Shown: positions 38,899 to 51,521 of the stretch, one piece after another
Numbering within the stretch: position 1 is the stretch's first letter
How the letters are laid out: every line of letters starts with the position of its first letter
Origin: Hemiscyllium ocellatum
Taxonomy: Eukaryota
Reading direction: 5' to 3'
Assembly: GCF_020745735.1 (NCBI RefSeq)
Contig: NC_083401.1
Location: forward strand, 129,701,740 to 129,765,739
DNA length: 64,000 bases
Made by a program: the position numbers and the translations under genes
Notes under the pieces: generated by a model
What the model saw: only the letters and a program-made list of their open reading frames with translations
What the model was told of the DNA's origin: nothing
Database searches by the model: none

Positions 38899-40574
38899 TT
38901 CAATTAAACCTATTGGACTGTAACTTGGTGTGGTGTGATTTTTAACTTTGTACACTCCAGTCCAACACCGGCATCTCCAAATCATGCCTACCCAGAGGGT
39001 TGTAATGCCACAGAATGTCTTGCCCAGTGAAGTAGTTGACGCTACTTCAGTAAACGTTTTTAAAGCTAAGACAGATATTTTAGATTTTTTTTAAACTCTT
39101 CACCAAAAATCTAAAGCAACTTTGGACATCTTTCTCTTCTCTTTTCTAATGTCCCTTGTATATTTCCTTTTAAATTCGGCAAGTAATAAGGTCTGAATAT
39201 TGTGCATTTAGAAGCACAATGAATTGATAAATCTTGAAACTTCTGAGCGACGTGGATAGAATGGATAGTTCCCAGGGTGGACGTGTCCATTTCTGATGGA
39301 CATTAGTTCAAGTTTAAAGGAGCTGTGAGTGGTAAGTTTTTTACACACAATGTGGTAAATGCTTGGATTGTGCTGTCAGAGGTGGTGATAGAGATGAATA
39401 TAACAGTAGTGTTTTAAGAGTCATCTTCATAAATAGGTAGGGCACAGAGGGGTATGGACCAATTAGAGGCAAAAAGGTTTTGGTTTAGAAAGGCTTCTTT
39501 TCCACAACCTACTTGGCGGCATTCCAACTCATCTGCTCGCAATGCTGAGACCACGTTCAGGCTCCTCTTGCCCTTAGTACAGCGAAGGGAAAATGATTTT
39601 GGCAATAGGATGCGGTGTAAACAAGTACTCTAATTCTTGGGGAAAGTTCTCAGTCATTGTATTGCAGTTACTGGAACTTCCTCCTTTAGTCGTGATACTG
39701 AGGAGTGCGACCCACCAATGTTAGGGGATGTCATGGATAGGCAGTGACCTTTCAATACTAGCTATCAGCAAAAATGATGCACACATTATTTAAATTTCTC
39801 TCTTCCTCAAAGTCAAATAGTGCAAACCCCTAAGTCTGCATCTTTATTGAAATTTTATTTACATCTGAATAACACTCTCATCCTTTGTATCTGAACTTTT
39901 GCATTGATCCTCTTGGCAAGTAATTTTGCTTAGTTCTCTCTAATTTTTCAAAGTGCTTCCAATTTTTCTTCAGATTCTGGAAATTCTAGCATTTAGACTT
40001 AATCAAGTCAAATACATGGCAGATGTGGAAATAAACTAACCTGGATATTGTACTTCATGATTTTCGTTTAGTAAAGTGAATGTTTTAATCTAAATCAAAA
40101 TAACGTTGGTCACCTGATTTGTGGTTGGTTTTTGTTTCTAATGACCTGAGCCTGTGTTTCATGACCTTGACCCTGAACCAAAGCCTACTTTGCAAATCTC
40201 CTCTCATCTCGTGGAATTTGCTAAGGAGGAAGTGCTTACTGTGACGATTTATACATTCTGTGTTTGCATTGACCTTAACTGTGAGTGAAAACTTTCTTGT
40301 CGACTGTTAAGTCTCTTCAGTTCCTTCTGTATTATTGTTTCTCCTGGTACATGCTTAATTTTTTTTAAAAAACTGACTTGGACATTTCACACAGTTTCCC
40401 TTATAATGACATTGGAATCCTTCTTGGCAGTCGAAGTTAAATTCCAAGTTTGAGGTTGGAATGGCTATCTGCCACATTGGGTAATGTCAACTGTATCAAG
40501 AAGTAACAGGAAGTTGCTTGCAGTGACCTCCAGGCAGAGACCTTTCCACAGCTCTCTGCTGTTAAACTGTCTGA

Positions 40575-41175
40575 CAATTGGTGATTTATTTTCAATGCAG
40601 GAGCGATTCTTGAAACACTATGTAAACAATCCAACCAGGGGAGGGGTTACATTGAACCTGGTTTTGAGAAATGAGCCTGGCCGGGTGACTGAAGTTTTAA
40701 TAGGGGAGCATTTTGGAACTAGTGACCATAATATCATGAGTTTTAAGATACTCATGGATAGGGTTAACAGCAGTCCTTGGGTGAAGGTGTTTAAACTGAG
40801 GGAAGGTAAACTACAATATCAGGTAGGAACTGGAGAATGTTGATTGGAGGCGTCTGTTGGAGGGTAACTCCATATTGGACATGTGGGAATATTTCAAACG
40901 GGGCTTGATCAGAGTTCAGGAGTGGCATATTCCTGCGAAATGAAGGATAGGTATGGCAAGTTACTTGAACCTTGGATGACCAGGGATGTTATGACCTTGG
41001 ACAAAAAGGAAGTGTACATAAGGTCTAGGAGGATGGGAATTGATGAAGCCCTTGAAGGATATAAGAAAAAGTAGGAAAGAACTTAAGCAAAGAATTAAAA
41101 GGGCTAAAAGGGGGTCATGAAAAGTCTTTAGCAAACAGGAAGAAGGCGAATCCCAAGGTTGCTTATACATAAAGT
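40575..41175 (+). mobile_element. Old CR1 ORF2 fragment (APE C-terminus)
   Basis: YVNNPTRGGVTLNLVLRNEPG...HFGTSDHN. Confidence 0.8.
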
Positions 41176-41729
41176 CAGAGTGGTAAAGTATTGGGGAATC
41201 AATGGTTAAAAGCCTCCATTTTAAGTCTCCATCTTGCAATAATAATTTGTCTTACAAGTTTAAAATGGCAGTCATAGTGACCATGAGAATGAATCAAGAA
41301 ATGTAAGACTTTTAGCATAATCTTGTAGCTGTTCTTTCTCGGACAGAAGTTTGGTCACTTTCAATGAATAAAATACTGATAAATATTTAGCTTTATCTGT
41401 TTTGATGCAAGAGAATGACACCAGATGTAGAAATAGTTTTGTTTTGATCTATGCAAACAAGATTTTAAAAAAAGGTATTAATCATCTAATTTTTAACTGA
41501 GAACTTAGAGATAGAAAAATTATGTTGTGTGGGAAATGAAAAAATGTTACACAGGCTATAAAATATGCTGCCCTTTTTGCTAAAAATCAGAAATTTTTCA
41601 TTAGTCCATCCAGGGATATTTTAATTGACACTCTGGACTGTAGACTATTGATCTCTCTCTGGCTTATTCAAAATAAACTTAAGTTTAACGTTGAAATTTG
41701 TGTGGTCTGAGACTTCCATTTTCAGTCAA

Positions 41730-43545
41730 CAAGAGGGTATCCAGGAAAGGGTTGGCCTACACAAAGAGGAAATGAATGTGTGGAGCCAGATGAGGTAGCC
41801 GAGGTCCTAAATGAATACTTTGTTCTTATTCTATTGTGTTCTATCAAGAGCGAGAATTGATCGAGGATGATCTCTGGGAAGGGAGTGTCAAGCTTCTATG
41901 CCAAGTTGCTATTAGAAAGGAAGTGGTGTGGTCCGTCTTAAAATGTATTGAGGTAGATAAGCCCCTAGGCCCTGATGGGATCTATCCATAATACTGAGGG
42001 GGGGCAAGAGAATAAGTTGCTGGAGCATTGACATACATCTTTGTATCCCCTTTGGCAATAAGTGAGGTCTTGGAGGACTGGAGAATGGCCAATGTTGTTC
42101 CACTGTTTAAGAAGGACAGGGATGATCCAGGAAATTGCAGGCCTGTGACCTTCACGTTGATGGTAGAGAAATTATTGGAAAGGCTTCTTTGATAAGATCT
42201 ATGCATGTTTCATAGCAAATTGACTTATTAATGATAGACTAACTGATTTTGAGGGGTGGTTGTGCCTCATTATCTTGATCGAGTTTTTTTGAGGAGGTGA
42301 TAAAGATGATCGAGGGAAAAATCGGTTCATGTTGTCAACGTGGACTTCAGTGATGTCTTTAACAAGGTCCCTTATGGCAGACTAGTTCAAAAGTTGAAGT
42401 CACATAGTATCAAAGGTGACCTGGCAAGATGGGTACAGAACTGACTCTCTCATAGGAGACAGAAGGATGCTTCTTGGAATGGAGGGCTGTGACTAGTGTT
42501 CCACAGGGATCCGTGCTGGGACCTCTGTGAGCTACATAAATGAATTGGAGGAAAACATAGCTGGTCTAATTAGTAAGTTTGTGGACATTACAAAGATTGA
42601 GGTAACAGGTAGCAAGGAGGATTGTCAGAGGGTACAGATCAGTTGGAGGCATGGGCAGAAAAATGGCAGATGGATTTAATGCAGACCAATAAGAGGTAAT
42701 ACACTTTGGAAGGTCAAGTACAGGTGGAAATTGTACAGTAAATGGCCAACTCTTAGGAGTATAAATGTGCAGAGGGATGTGATTTCATGTCCTTCAATCA
42801 CTGAAGGTGGCAGTGCAGGTAGATAAGATAGTGGAAAGAGGCTTTGGGGCATGCTTGCCTTCATTGGAAGGTGCATTGAGTATAATAATTGGTCAGGGCT
42901 TTTGCCCGAAATGTCGATTTTCTTGCTCCTCGGGTGCTGTGACCTGCTGTACTTTTCTAGCACCACTCTAATCTAGACTCTATAAGGATAGGTCAGTAAT
43001 GCTGCAGCTTTAAAGAATTTTACTTAGGCCACATTTGAAATATTGCATACAATTCTGGTCACCATACTACCAGAAAGATGTGACTGCTTTGGAGAGGGTA
43101 CAGAAAAGGCTTACCAGGATGCTTCTATGAAGAAAGGCTGGGTTTGTTTTATCTGGGATGCAAGTCACTCCTCAGCCTCCTAGCAGATGTATACAAGATT
43201 GTGAATGGGATGGCTAGAGGATAGATTGAGTCATCTTCCCAGTTTAGAGGGGTCAGTTAGTAGGGGACAGGTTTAAGGTGTGAGGGGTAAAATTCACAAA
43301 AGATGTGCAAGACACATTTTTCGCACAAAGGGTGTTGAGGGCTTGGAACGCATTGCCTGAGGAGTTGTTGGAAGCAGACACCATAGCAGATTTCAAGAAG
43401 TATCTGGATGAGTACATGAATAAGAAGGGAGTAGAGGGATACGGATCTTGTAAATGAAGACAGTTAGTATGGACGGGCAAAAAAGTGAAGTCATGGGCTT
43501 GGAGGGCCGAAGGGCCTGTCCGTGTGCTGGTTTGTTCATTGTTTG
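41730..43545 (+). mobile_element. Old CR1 RT + 3' end
   Basis: [29 protein letters not shown] and LERVQKRLTRM-like remnants; probably continues 40575-41175. Confidence 0.85.
42897..42980 (+). mobile_element. 84-bp PLE terminal-repeat insert in CR1, starting at hammerhead stem II
   Basis: gggcttttgcccgaaatgtcgatt...ttttctagcaccactctaatc flanked by degenerate direct repeats tataataattggtcag / tataaggataggtcag. Confidence 0.8.
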
Positions 43546-44654
43546 TCCTGCAGCTAAATCTGACTGAAAGGGATGGAGCTTTAGGGGGCTAATGAGGGAT
43601 TCAGGTTCCCCATTGAAGGCAGGAGGAAAATGGAATCAGTTTTTGGTTGGTCCAGCCCATGAGCTAACTCCTAATTCCTCCAATTCCACAGCTTCACTCC
43701 TCCATTATGCTACCTGTGTACCTGCCTGTCTCAACCAGTCCAGTACTGAGACCCTCTTAAGTACATTGCTTCCAGACTTTATTAGTTTAATACATTTTCC
43801 CCGTCCGGACCCCTCCCCACCAATCCTAAGTCCAGTTGACCCAAAACTCTGCTGCTTAAAGCTCTGACTGTTCCTTACCCTCTGTCTTCAATACTTGTTC
43901 TGCATGGCCTTTTTTTTCACTCCTCCCCAACTTCTTTTCAGCTCTAAAATTCCTCTCTGAAAAACTGTTCTCTTGTCTCTGAGCCTTTTTTGCCTCAAGC
44001 CCAGTCACTATTATTAGAGGGGAGGATAAATCTACTTTCATCCCTCTCTTCCCTAATCCAGGCCGATTTCAATTCTTTTGCTGCTGCCAACAATGAGATT
44101 GGCCACTTTAGCATTGACCAGAGTTTGAAGTGTCAATTTTGTAAGTTGCTAATACTCTCCTGAATCCCAAATTAGTGGGTTCACACAGTGTTCTGGTCTA
44201 GGTGCAGAAGTAAGTGATACAGGGCACTAAACTGTGACTTTGTCTTCCTGTCTAGCTGGCTATAAAGCTTTTATAGTATTTTGTATCACAGATGGATTTC
44301 TAATGTTCTGGGCTAACATTTATTCCTTTATTCTAGAGTCTGTGAGATAGCTGGTTCAAATTAGCAGCTATGCTTCCCTGCAAAACAGTGACTTAAACTT
44401 TGGAGGTAATTAATTGCCACTGATGCACTTTGTAATGTATGGCATTAATGAAAGACATTGTAAGCTGTCTCTTTCCTGTTTTATTGGTCAGTAGGGCTTG
44501 AGCAGTCAGCTGCCTAAACCCACTGAAGTATTGACAAAAGGTAGTGTGGGCCTGCAGCGCAGAGGGGAATATGTACGCACTTAAATAATTATACAGTATT
44601 TTGTGCCTTAATAATGTACCTTGAATAGCAACCAGTTTTGGCATATTCTTTCAG

Positions 44655-44802
44655 AGAACATAAACCGAAAGAAAATGTGACTTTTCTGGATGATGGACGG
44701 AAGGTGTCTGCTATCACCACTAAGACCTATGTGTTTGTTCCTGAGTTGAGTAATGGAGATCCTGAGACGGACCTGATTAGAACTGTGAATATTCCAGTTG
44801 TG
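44655..44802 (+). CDS. SCARB2: LIMP-2 coding exon 3
   Basis: ttctttcAG|A GAA CAT...GTT GTG|GTgagt; 148 nt; EHKPKENVTFLDDGRKVSAITTKTYVFVPELSNGDPETDLIRTVNIPVV. Confidence 0.97.
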
Positions 44803-45885
44803 GTGAGTTGCTGGCTTTTTTAAATTCCCTTTGCAATAGACATCTCAAGGTACTGTCAAATTAACTTGTGTATTAGAGATTAACTTATAAATTTGAACTG
44901 CCTCTGATCTTCATTGGAATTTAAACTTCAGACGTTAGCTCCAAATTTTGGTGATGGATTTTTAGATTATTGAAAAGAAATTTTGTTTTTCTGAGGGGCA
45001 CAACTCCATAAGGGGTAGATACCCTGGATAACTCTGATGTTCCACATTGGATCTGTGTTTGCGTTAGAGTGAAAATTGGGACGTGTGACCTGTGCACTTA
45101 AACCTTTGATATTGAGACTTTCTAATCAAGTTCAGGTCAATTAGGCAGCAAGGCATTTGAAATTAAGGTGCCTGGCCCAACCATCATAGGAAAAGGCATA
45201 TGCCACTTACTCCTGAAGCTTGCTCTGCTATCCAGTGAGATCATGGCTCATCTGCAACTTAACTCCATAAACCTGCCTTTGTCCCTTTCACTTTCAGTAA
45301 CTTTAAACTTACGAAAACTTGTCAACTTTGCACAGATATCATTAGCAGCGCCTAGGAGCTTTGGACAAACTAGAACTAAATACCAGGCTAGAGCAAACTA
45401 TGAATGTTTATTCATAGGATTCTGGGTAATCCAAGATGGAGGACGGGAAAAATTTCTGGCTGTAAGAGCTGCTCCTTTTTTTTTGTTTGAGATATTTTAG
45501 GTGCTGGAGGGGATTCCCTCGAGTTCCAGGAGCAGCAAGTACTGTTGCATTGTTTTGGAACTTTGGGGAAAAAAAAGTCAAAACAACAGCAGTTTTAAAA
45601 GGGGGAAGAGCAGACAAAGGAAGCACATGGTGAGGACAGTGCAGGAGAGAGAGAACCTGCACAGTTACTGCCTTTGCTGTTTTTGAATTCATGTGTCGCT
45701 GGACATTAGAGTTCATCTGGGAAAATGAACAAACAGTGAATGTCACAACTCATCTTGGAGGAACTGATATGGGGCAAAGTTCACAGCACAGAATCAGATA
45801 AGTTAATTGTTGTTTTAAGTCTGTCCAAGAGAGAGGCTGTGTTAATGTGTACAGTGGGTTCTTTCTTGATTATATGTTTTTGGAG

Positions 45886-46097
45886 CTTAAAAATGTGTTG
45901 CTGGAAAAGCGCAGCAGGTCAGGCAGCATCAAAGGAACAGGAGAGTCGATGTTTCGGGCAATTCTTCATTCCTGAAGAATGGCTTATGCCCAAAACGTCA
46001 ACACTCCTGTTCCTTTGATGCTGCCTGACCTACTGCGCTTTTCCAGCAACACACTTTTAAGCTTTGATCTCCAGCATCTGCAGTCCTCACTTTCTCC
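45886..46097. mobile_element. Fold-back PLE-terminus insert with 13-bp TSD, nested in CR1 5'UTR
   Basis: TSD tatgtttttggag 45873-45885 / 46098-46110; arms meet at gtttcgggca-attcttca-ttcCTGAAGAatggcttatgcccAAAAcgtc (mutated hammerhead). Confidence 0.9.
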
Positions 46098-48370
46098 TAT
46101 GTTTTTGGAGATAAGTCTCTTGATTAAACTTAAAATATAAGCCATAGCTCTTAAAATAACCTGGGGCAGTGTTTGTAGAGGAATAAGATGGTGTTATTTT
46201 CTGGGTCTGTAGATTGTGAAGGAGCAAAAATGGCCTTTGCAGTGATATGTACTTCTTGTCAGATGTGGGAGTTTAAAGAGAGTTCAAGGGTTATTGCAGA
46301 TTATATCTGCCATAAATGCTGTTGGATGCGAATCTTATCAGATCGAGTGGATCAGTTGGAGAGACAGATAGAAGCGATGAGGAATTTGCAACAGTATGTG
46401 ATGGAAGGGGAAAAAGTCTCACATACAGTCACATAGATGGGTTAATTCCAGGAAGGGTGAGAGAGGTCAGCACCTAGGGCAGGAATCTTTTGTGGATATA
46501 CCCATTTCAAACAGGTATGCTGTTTTGGAAAATGTAGGGGGTGATGGATTCTCAGGGGAACGTAGCACGAACAGCCAAGTTTCTGGTATTGAGACTGGCT
46601 CTAATGCAACGAGGGGTACGTCAGCTTCCAAGAGATCAATTGTGTAAGCGGATTCTGTGGTCAGAGGTACAGACAGACGTTTCTGTGGCCAACAGAGAAA
46701 AAGCAGAATGGTGTGTTGTTTCCCTGGTGCCAGGATCAAGGATGTCTCAGAGAGGGTGCAGAATGTTCTCACGGGGGACAGGGGCCAGCAGGAGGTCATT
46801 GTCCACATTGGAACCAATGACATAGGAAGGGAAAAGGTTGAGACTCTGAAGGGAGATTACAGATAGGCAGAAATTTAAAAAAGCGGTCCTCAAGGGTAGT
46901 AATATCTGGATTACTTCCAGTGATATGAGTTAGTGAGGGCAGGAAAAGGAGGATAGAGCAGATGAATGCATGGCTGAGGAGTTGGTGTATGGGAGAAGGA
47001 TTCGCATGTTTGGATCATTGGAATCTCTTTTGGGGAAGAAGTGACCTGTACAAGAAGGACGGATTGCACCTAAACTGGAAGGGGACTAATATACTGGCAG
47101 GGAAATTTGCAAGAACTGCTTGGGAGGATTTAAACTAGTAAGGTGAGGGCGATGGGACCCAGGGAGATAGTGAGGAAAGAGATCGATCTGAGACGGGTAC
47201 AGCTGAGAACAGAAGTGAATCAAACTGTCAGGGCAGGCAGGGACAAGGTAGGACTAATAAATTAAACTGCATTTATTTCAAATGCAAGGGGACTAACAGG
47301 GAAGGCAGATGAACTCAGGGCATGGTTAGGAACATGGGACTGGGATATTATAGCAATTACAGAAACATGGCTCAGGGATGGGCAGGACTGGCAGCTTAAT
47401 GTTCCAGGATACAAATGCTACAGGAAGGATAGAAAGGGAGGCAAGAGAGGAGGGGGAGTGGCATTTTTGATAAGGGATAGCATTACAGCTGTGCTGAGGG
47501 AGGATATTCCCGGAAATAAATCCAGGGAAGTTATTTGGGTGGAACTGAGAAATAAGAAAGGGATGATCACCTTATTGGGATTGTATTATAGATAGCCTAA
47601 TAATCAGAAGGAAATTGAGAAACAAACTTGTAAGGAGATCTCAGCTATCTGTAAGAATAATAGGGTGGTTATGGTAGGGGATTTTAACTTTCCAAACATC
47701 GACTGGGACTGCCATAGTGTTAAAGGTTTAGATGGAGAGGAATTTGTTAAGTGCGTACAAGACAATTTTCTGATTCAGTATATGGATGTACCTACTAGAG
47801 AATGTGCAAAACTTGACCTACTCTTGGGAAATAAGGCAGGGCAGGTGACTGAGGTGTCAGTGGGGGAGCACTTTGGGGCCAGCGACCATAATTCTATTCG
47901 TTTTTAAATAGTGATGGAAAAGGATTGACCAGATCTAAAAGTTGAAGTTCTAAATTGGAGAAAGACCAATTTTGATGGTATTAGGCAAGAACTTTCAAAA
48001 GCTGATTGGAGGCAGACGGCTGGAAAATGGGAAGCCTTCAGAAATGAGATATCAAGAATCCAGAGAAAGTATATTCCTGTCAGGGTGAAAGGGAAGGCTG
48101 GTAGGTATATGGAATGCTGGATGATTAAAGAAATTGAGGGTTTGGTTAAGAAAAAGAAGGAAGCATATGTCAGGTATAGACAGGATGGATCGAGTGAATC
48201 CTTAGAAGCGTATAAAGGAAGTCGGAGTATATTTAAGAGGGAAATCAGGAGGGCAAAAAGGGGACATGAGAAAGCGTTGGCAAATAGAATTAAGGAGAAT
48301 CCAAAGGGTTTTACAAATATATTAAGGACAAAAGGGTAACTAGGGAGGGAATAGGGCCCCTCAAAGATCA

Positions 48371-48766
48371 TATTCTGGATTAGTGGTCCTGGAAGAGTGC
48401 AGTATCCAAAGTGCAGCGAAATCGACGTTTTGGGAAAACTCCCTTCATCAGGAATAAAGGCAGAGAGCCTGAAGCGTGGAGAGATAAGCTAGAGGAGGGT
48501 GGGGGGTGGGGAGAAAGTCGCATCGAGTACAGTGGGTGAGTGGGGGAGGGGATGAAGGTGATAGGTCAGGGAGGAGAGGGTGGAGTGGATAGGTGGAAAA
48601 GGAGATAGGCAGGTAGGACAAGTCCCCATGACTTGCTCGGACAGTGCTGAGCGGAATGTTGGAACTAGGGTGAGGTGAGGGAAGGGGAAACGAGGAAACT
48701 GTTGAAGTCCACATTGATGCCCTGGGGTTGAAGTGTTCTGAGGCGGAAGATGAGGCGTTCGTTTTA
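48371..48766 (-). mobile_element. PLE 3' fragment inserted in CR1 ORF2 with 14-bp TSD
   Basis: TSD cccctcaaagatca 48357-48370 / 48767-48780; same family as 1-852; hammerhead at 48421-48454 with GAAA changed to AAAA. Confidence 0.92.
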
Positions 48767-51521
48767 CCCCTCAAAGATCAGCAAGGCGGCCTTTGTGTGG
48801 AGCCACAGAAAAAGGGGGAGATACTAAATGAATATCTTGCATCAGTATTTACTGTGGAAAAGGATATGGAAGATATAGACTGTCAGGAAATAGATGGTGA
48901 CATCTTGCAAAATGTCCAGAATACAGAGGAGGAGGTGATGGATGTCTTGAAACGCATAAAGGTGGATAAATCCCCAGGACCTGATCAGGTGTACCCAATA
49001 ATGCTGTGGGAAGCAAGAGAATTGATTGCTGGGCCTCTTTCTGAGATATTTGTATCATCGATAGTCACAGGTGAGGTGCCAAAAGACTGGAGGTTGGCAA
49101 ATGTGGTGTCACTGTTTAAGAAGGGTGGTAAAGACAAGCCAGGGAACTATAGACCGGTAAGCCTGACCTCGGTGGTGGGCAAGTTGTTGGAGGAAATCCT
49201 GAGGGACAGGATGTACATGTATTTGGAAAGGCAAGAACTGATTAGGGATAGTCAACATGGCTTTGTGCGTGGGAAATATTGATTGAGTTTTTTGAAGAAG
49301 TAACAAAGAAGATTAATGAGGGTAGAGCAGTAGATGTGATCCATATGGACTTCAGTAAGGCATTCGACAAGGTTCCCCATGGGAGACTGATTAGCAAGGT
49401 TAGATCAAATGGAATAAAGGGAGAACTAGCCATTTGGATACAGAACTGACTCAAAGGTAGAAGACAGAGGTGGTGGTGGAGGGTTGTTTTTCAGACTGGA
49501 GGCCTGTGACCAGTGGAGCGCCACAAGGATTGGTGCTGGGCCCTCTACTTTTTGTCATTTACATAAATGATTTGGATGCGAGCATAAGAGGTACAGTTAG
49601 TAAGTTTACAGATGACACCAAAAATGGAGGTGTAGTGGACAGCGAAGAGGGTTACCTCAGATTACAACAGGATCTGGACCAGATGGGCAATGGGCGAAGT
49701 GACAGATGGAGTTTAAGTTTGATAAATGCGAGGTGCTGCATTTTGTGAAAGCAAATCTTAGCAGGACTTATACACTTAATGGTAAGGACCTAGGGAGTGT
49801 TGCTGAACAAAGAGACCTTGGAGTGCAGGTTCATAGCACCTTGAAAGTGGAGTCGCAGGTAGGTGGGCTAGTGAAGGCAGTGTTTGGTATGCTTACCTTT
49901 ATTGGTCAGAGTATTGAGTAGAGGAATTGGGAGGTCATGTTGCAGCTGTACAGGACATTGGTTAGGCCATTGTTGGAATAATTCATGCAATTCTGGTCTC
50001 CTTCCTATCGGAAAGATGTTGTAAAACTTGAAAGGGTTCAGAGAAGAATTACAAGGATGTTGCCAGGGTTGGAGGATTTGAGCTACAGGGAGAGACTGAA
50101 CAGGCTGGGGCTGTTTTCCCTGGAGCGTCGGAGGCTGCGGGGTGACCTTATACAGGTTTACAAAATTATGAGGGGCATGGATAGGGTAAATAGACCAAGT
50201 CTTTTCCCTGGTGTGGGGGAATCCAGAACTAGAGGGCATAGGTTTATGTTGAGAGGGGAAAGATATAAAAGAGAGCTCAGGGGCAAATTTTTCATGCAGA
50301 GGGTGGTGCATGTGTGGAATGAGCTGCCAGAGGAAGTGGTGGAGGCTGGTGCAATTGCAACATTGAAGAGGCATTTGGATGGGTATATGAATAGGAAGGG
50401 TTTGGAGGATATGGGCCGGATGCTGGCAGGTGGGACTAGATTGGGTTGGGATATCTGGTCGGCGTGGACAGAATGGACCGAAGGGTCTGTTTCCATACTG
50501 TACATCTCTATGACTCTATAACATTATAAAACATCCAAAGGTGTAGCAGAGCAGGGCTCTACAAGTGCTTTATTCCATTGAGTCTCTGTCCCATGTGATC
50601 TGATGTTTCTACACATGCTCAGTCACTATTGTTAGAGTATTGATGCAATTTTATTCTTTATTCCACATTTCCAAATCTTGAGCCCTTCCTACTATTTACA
50701 GGGATTTTTTTTTTGTGTTGGGGTAATCTCTGGGATGGTTTCACCATTCTGTCCAACCAGGTACTGAGTTATTTTTGAGGTAATTAAGGATTTGATTATT
50801 CCAAACACATCCTCTGAGGTCCTTCATTCCTTGCCTCTGTCATTATTAGCAGTGTTGTCTTGTTTACCTCCTGGGGATAAGCGTGTTTAGACCTTCTGGC
50901 TGCTGGCCATTTCAGCAAAATCATGGCACTCCTGTTATTTTAAGTGATGCTAGTTTGTTTAGACAGGGTATGAGCTTGGTTACTGCAATGTATTAATTAC
51001 AGTGTAGCACCTTGGTGAACTTCTGACCAATCTACATGCAAAGCACTGGAAACAGTGAATTATGGTACATTGTCAGAGATGATATAAGCTGTGTTTTCCT
51101 ACATGGAAAATATCCTTCCTCATGAGGTTTAGCTATTAACCTGTCAGAAGTTTTAGAGCCACATTTTTTGAAACTTATGTGAGAGAAATTTTTTGGAGAG
51201 GTAATGGGAATTTGTTCACGTTGGCAAGTGTTTTACAAGTGGACAGAGTAAATCTTGGAGAGTCCTAGCTTGCTTTCATTTAGATAATTCAGGACCTGGT
51301 TTATTTTTATTAGAGGAAAGGTGCATCACTCGGAAGGGCTTTTGGTTTTAATGGGTGCAAGTCCTGGTTGAAATAGTTTCCTCTAAAGGAAGAAGCTCAA
51401 AAGTTGGACAATATGTTAATGCCATTCAAGAGTTTTGTGCTTTGGAAGTTCCAGTCCAGAGTATTTGGCTTGAACTCTGAAGGTGTTTCTAGTCTCAGTT
51501 GTGTGAGAGAATATTCAAGGA

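Larger units (their letters stand above)
38311..38984 (+). mobile_element. Probable PLE 3' terminal region of another family, interrupted by an HE1 SINE
   Basis: AT-rich UTR followed by a hammerhead motif and ...ttggactgtaacttggtgtggtgtga...cagtccaacaccggcatctcc. No coding part is visible, so the family is inferred. Confidence 0.55.
45430..50520 (+). mobile_element. Near full-length CR1/HER1-type LINE (5'UTR, ORF1 Cys motif + SGNH esterase, ORF2 APE-RT, tail), inactivated
   Basis: ORF1 MAFAVICTSCQMWE...YICHKC...LERQ and CFPGARIKDV...VHIGTNDIG; ORF2 GDFNFPNIDW, SDHN, KSPGPD, YRPVSLTS, KFTDDTK; tail ctctatgactctat. Contains frameshifts and two nested PLE inserts. Confidence 0.95.
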
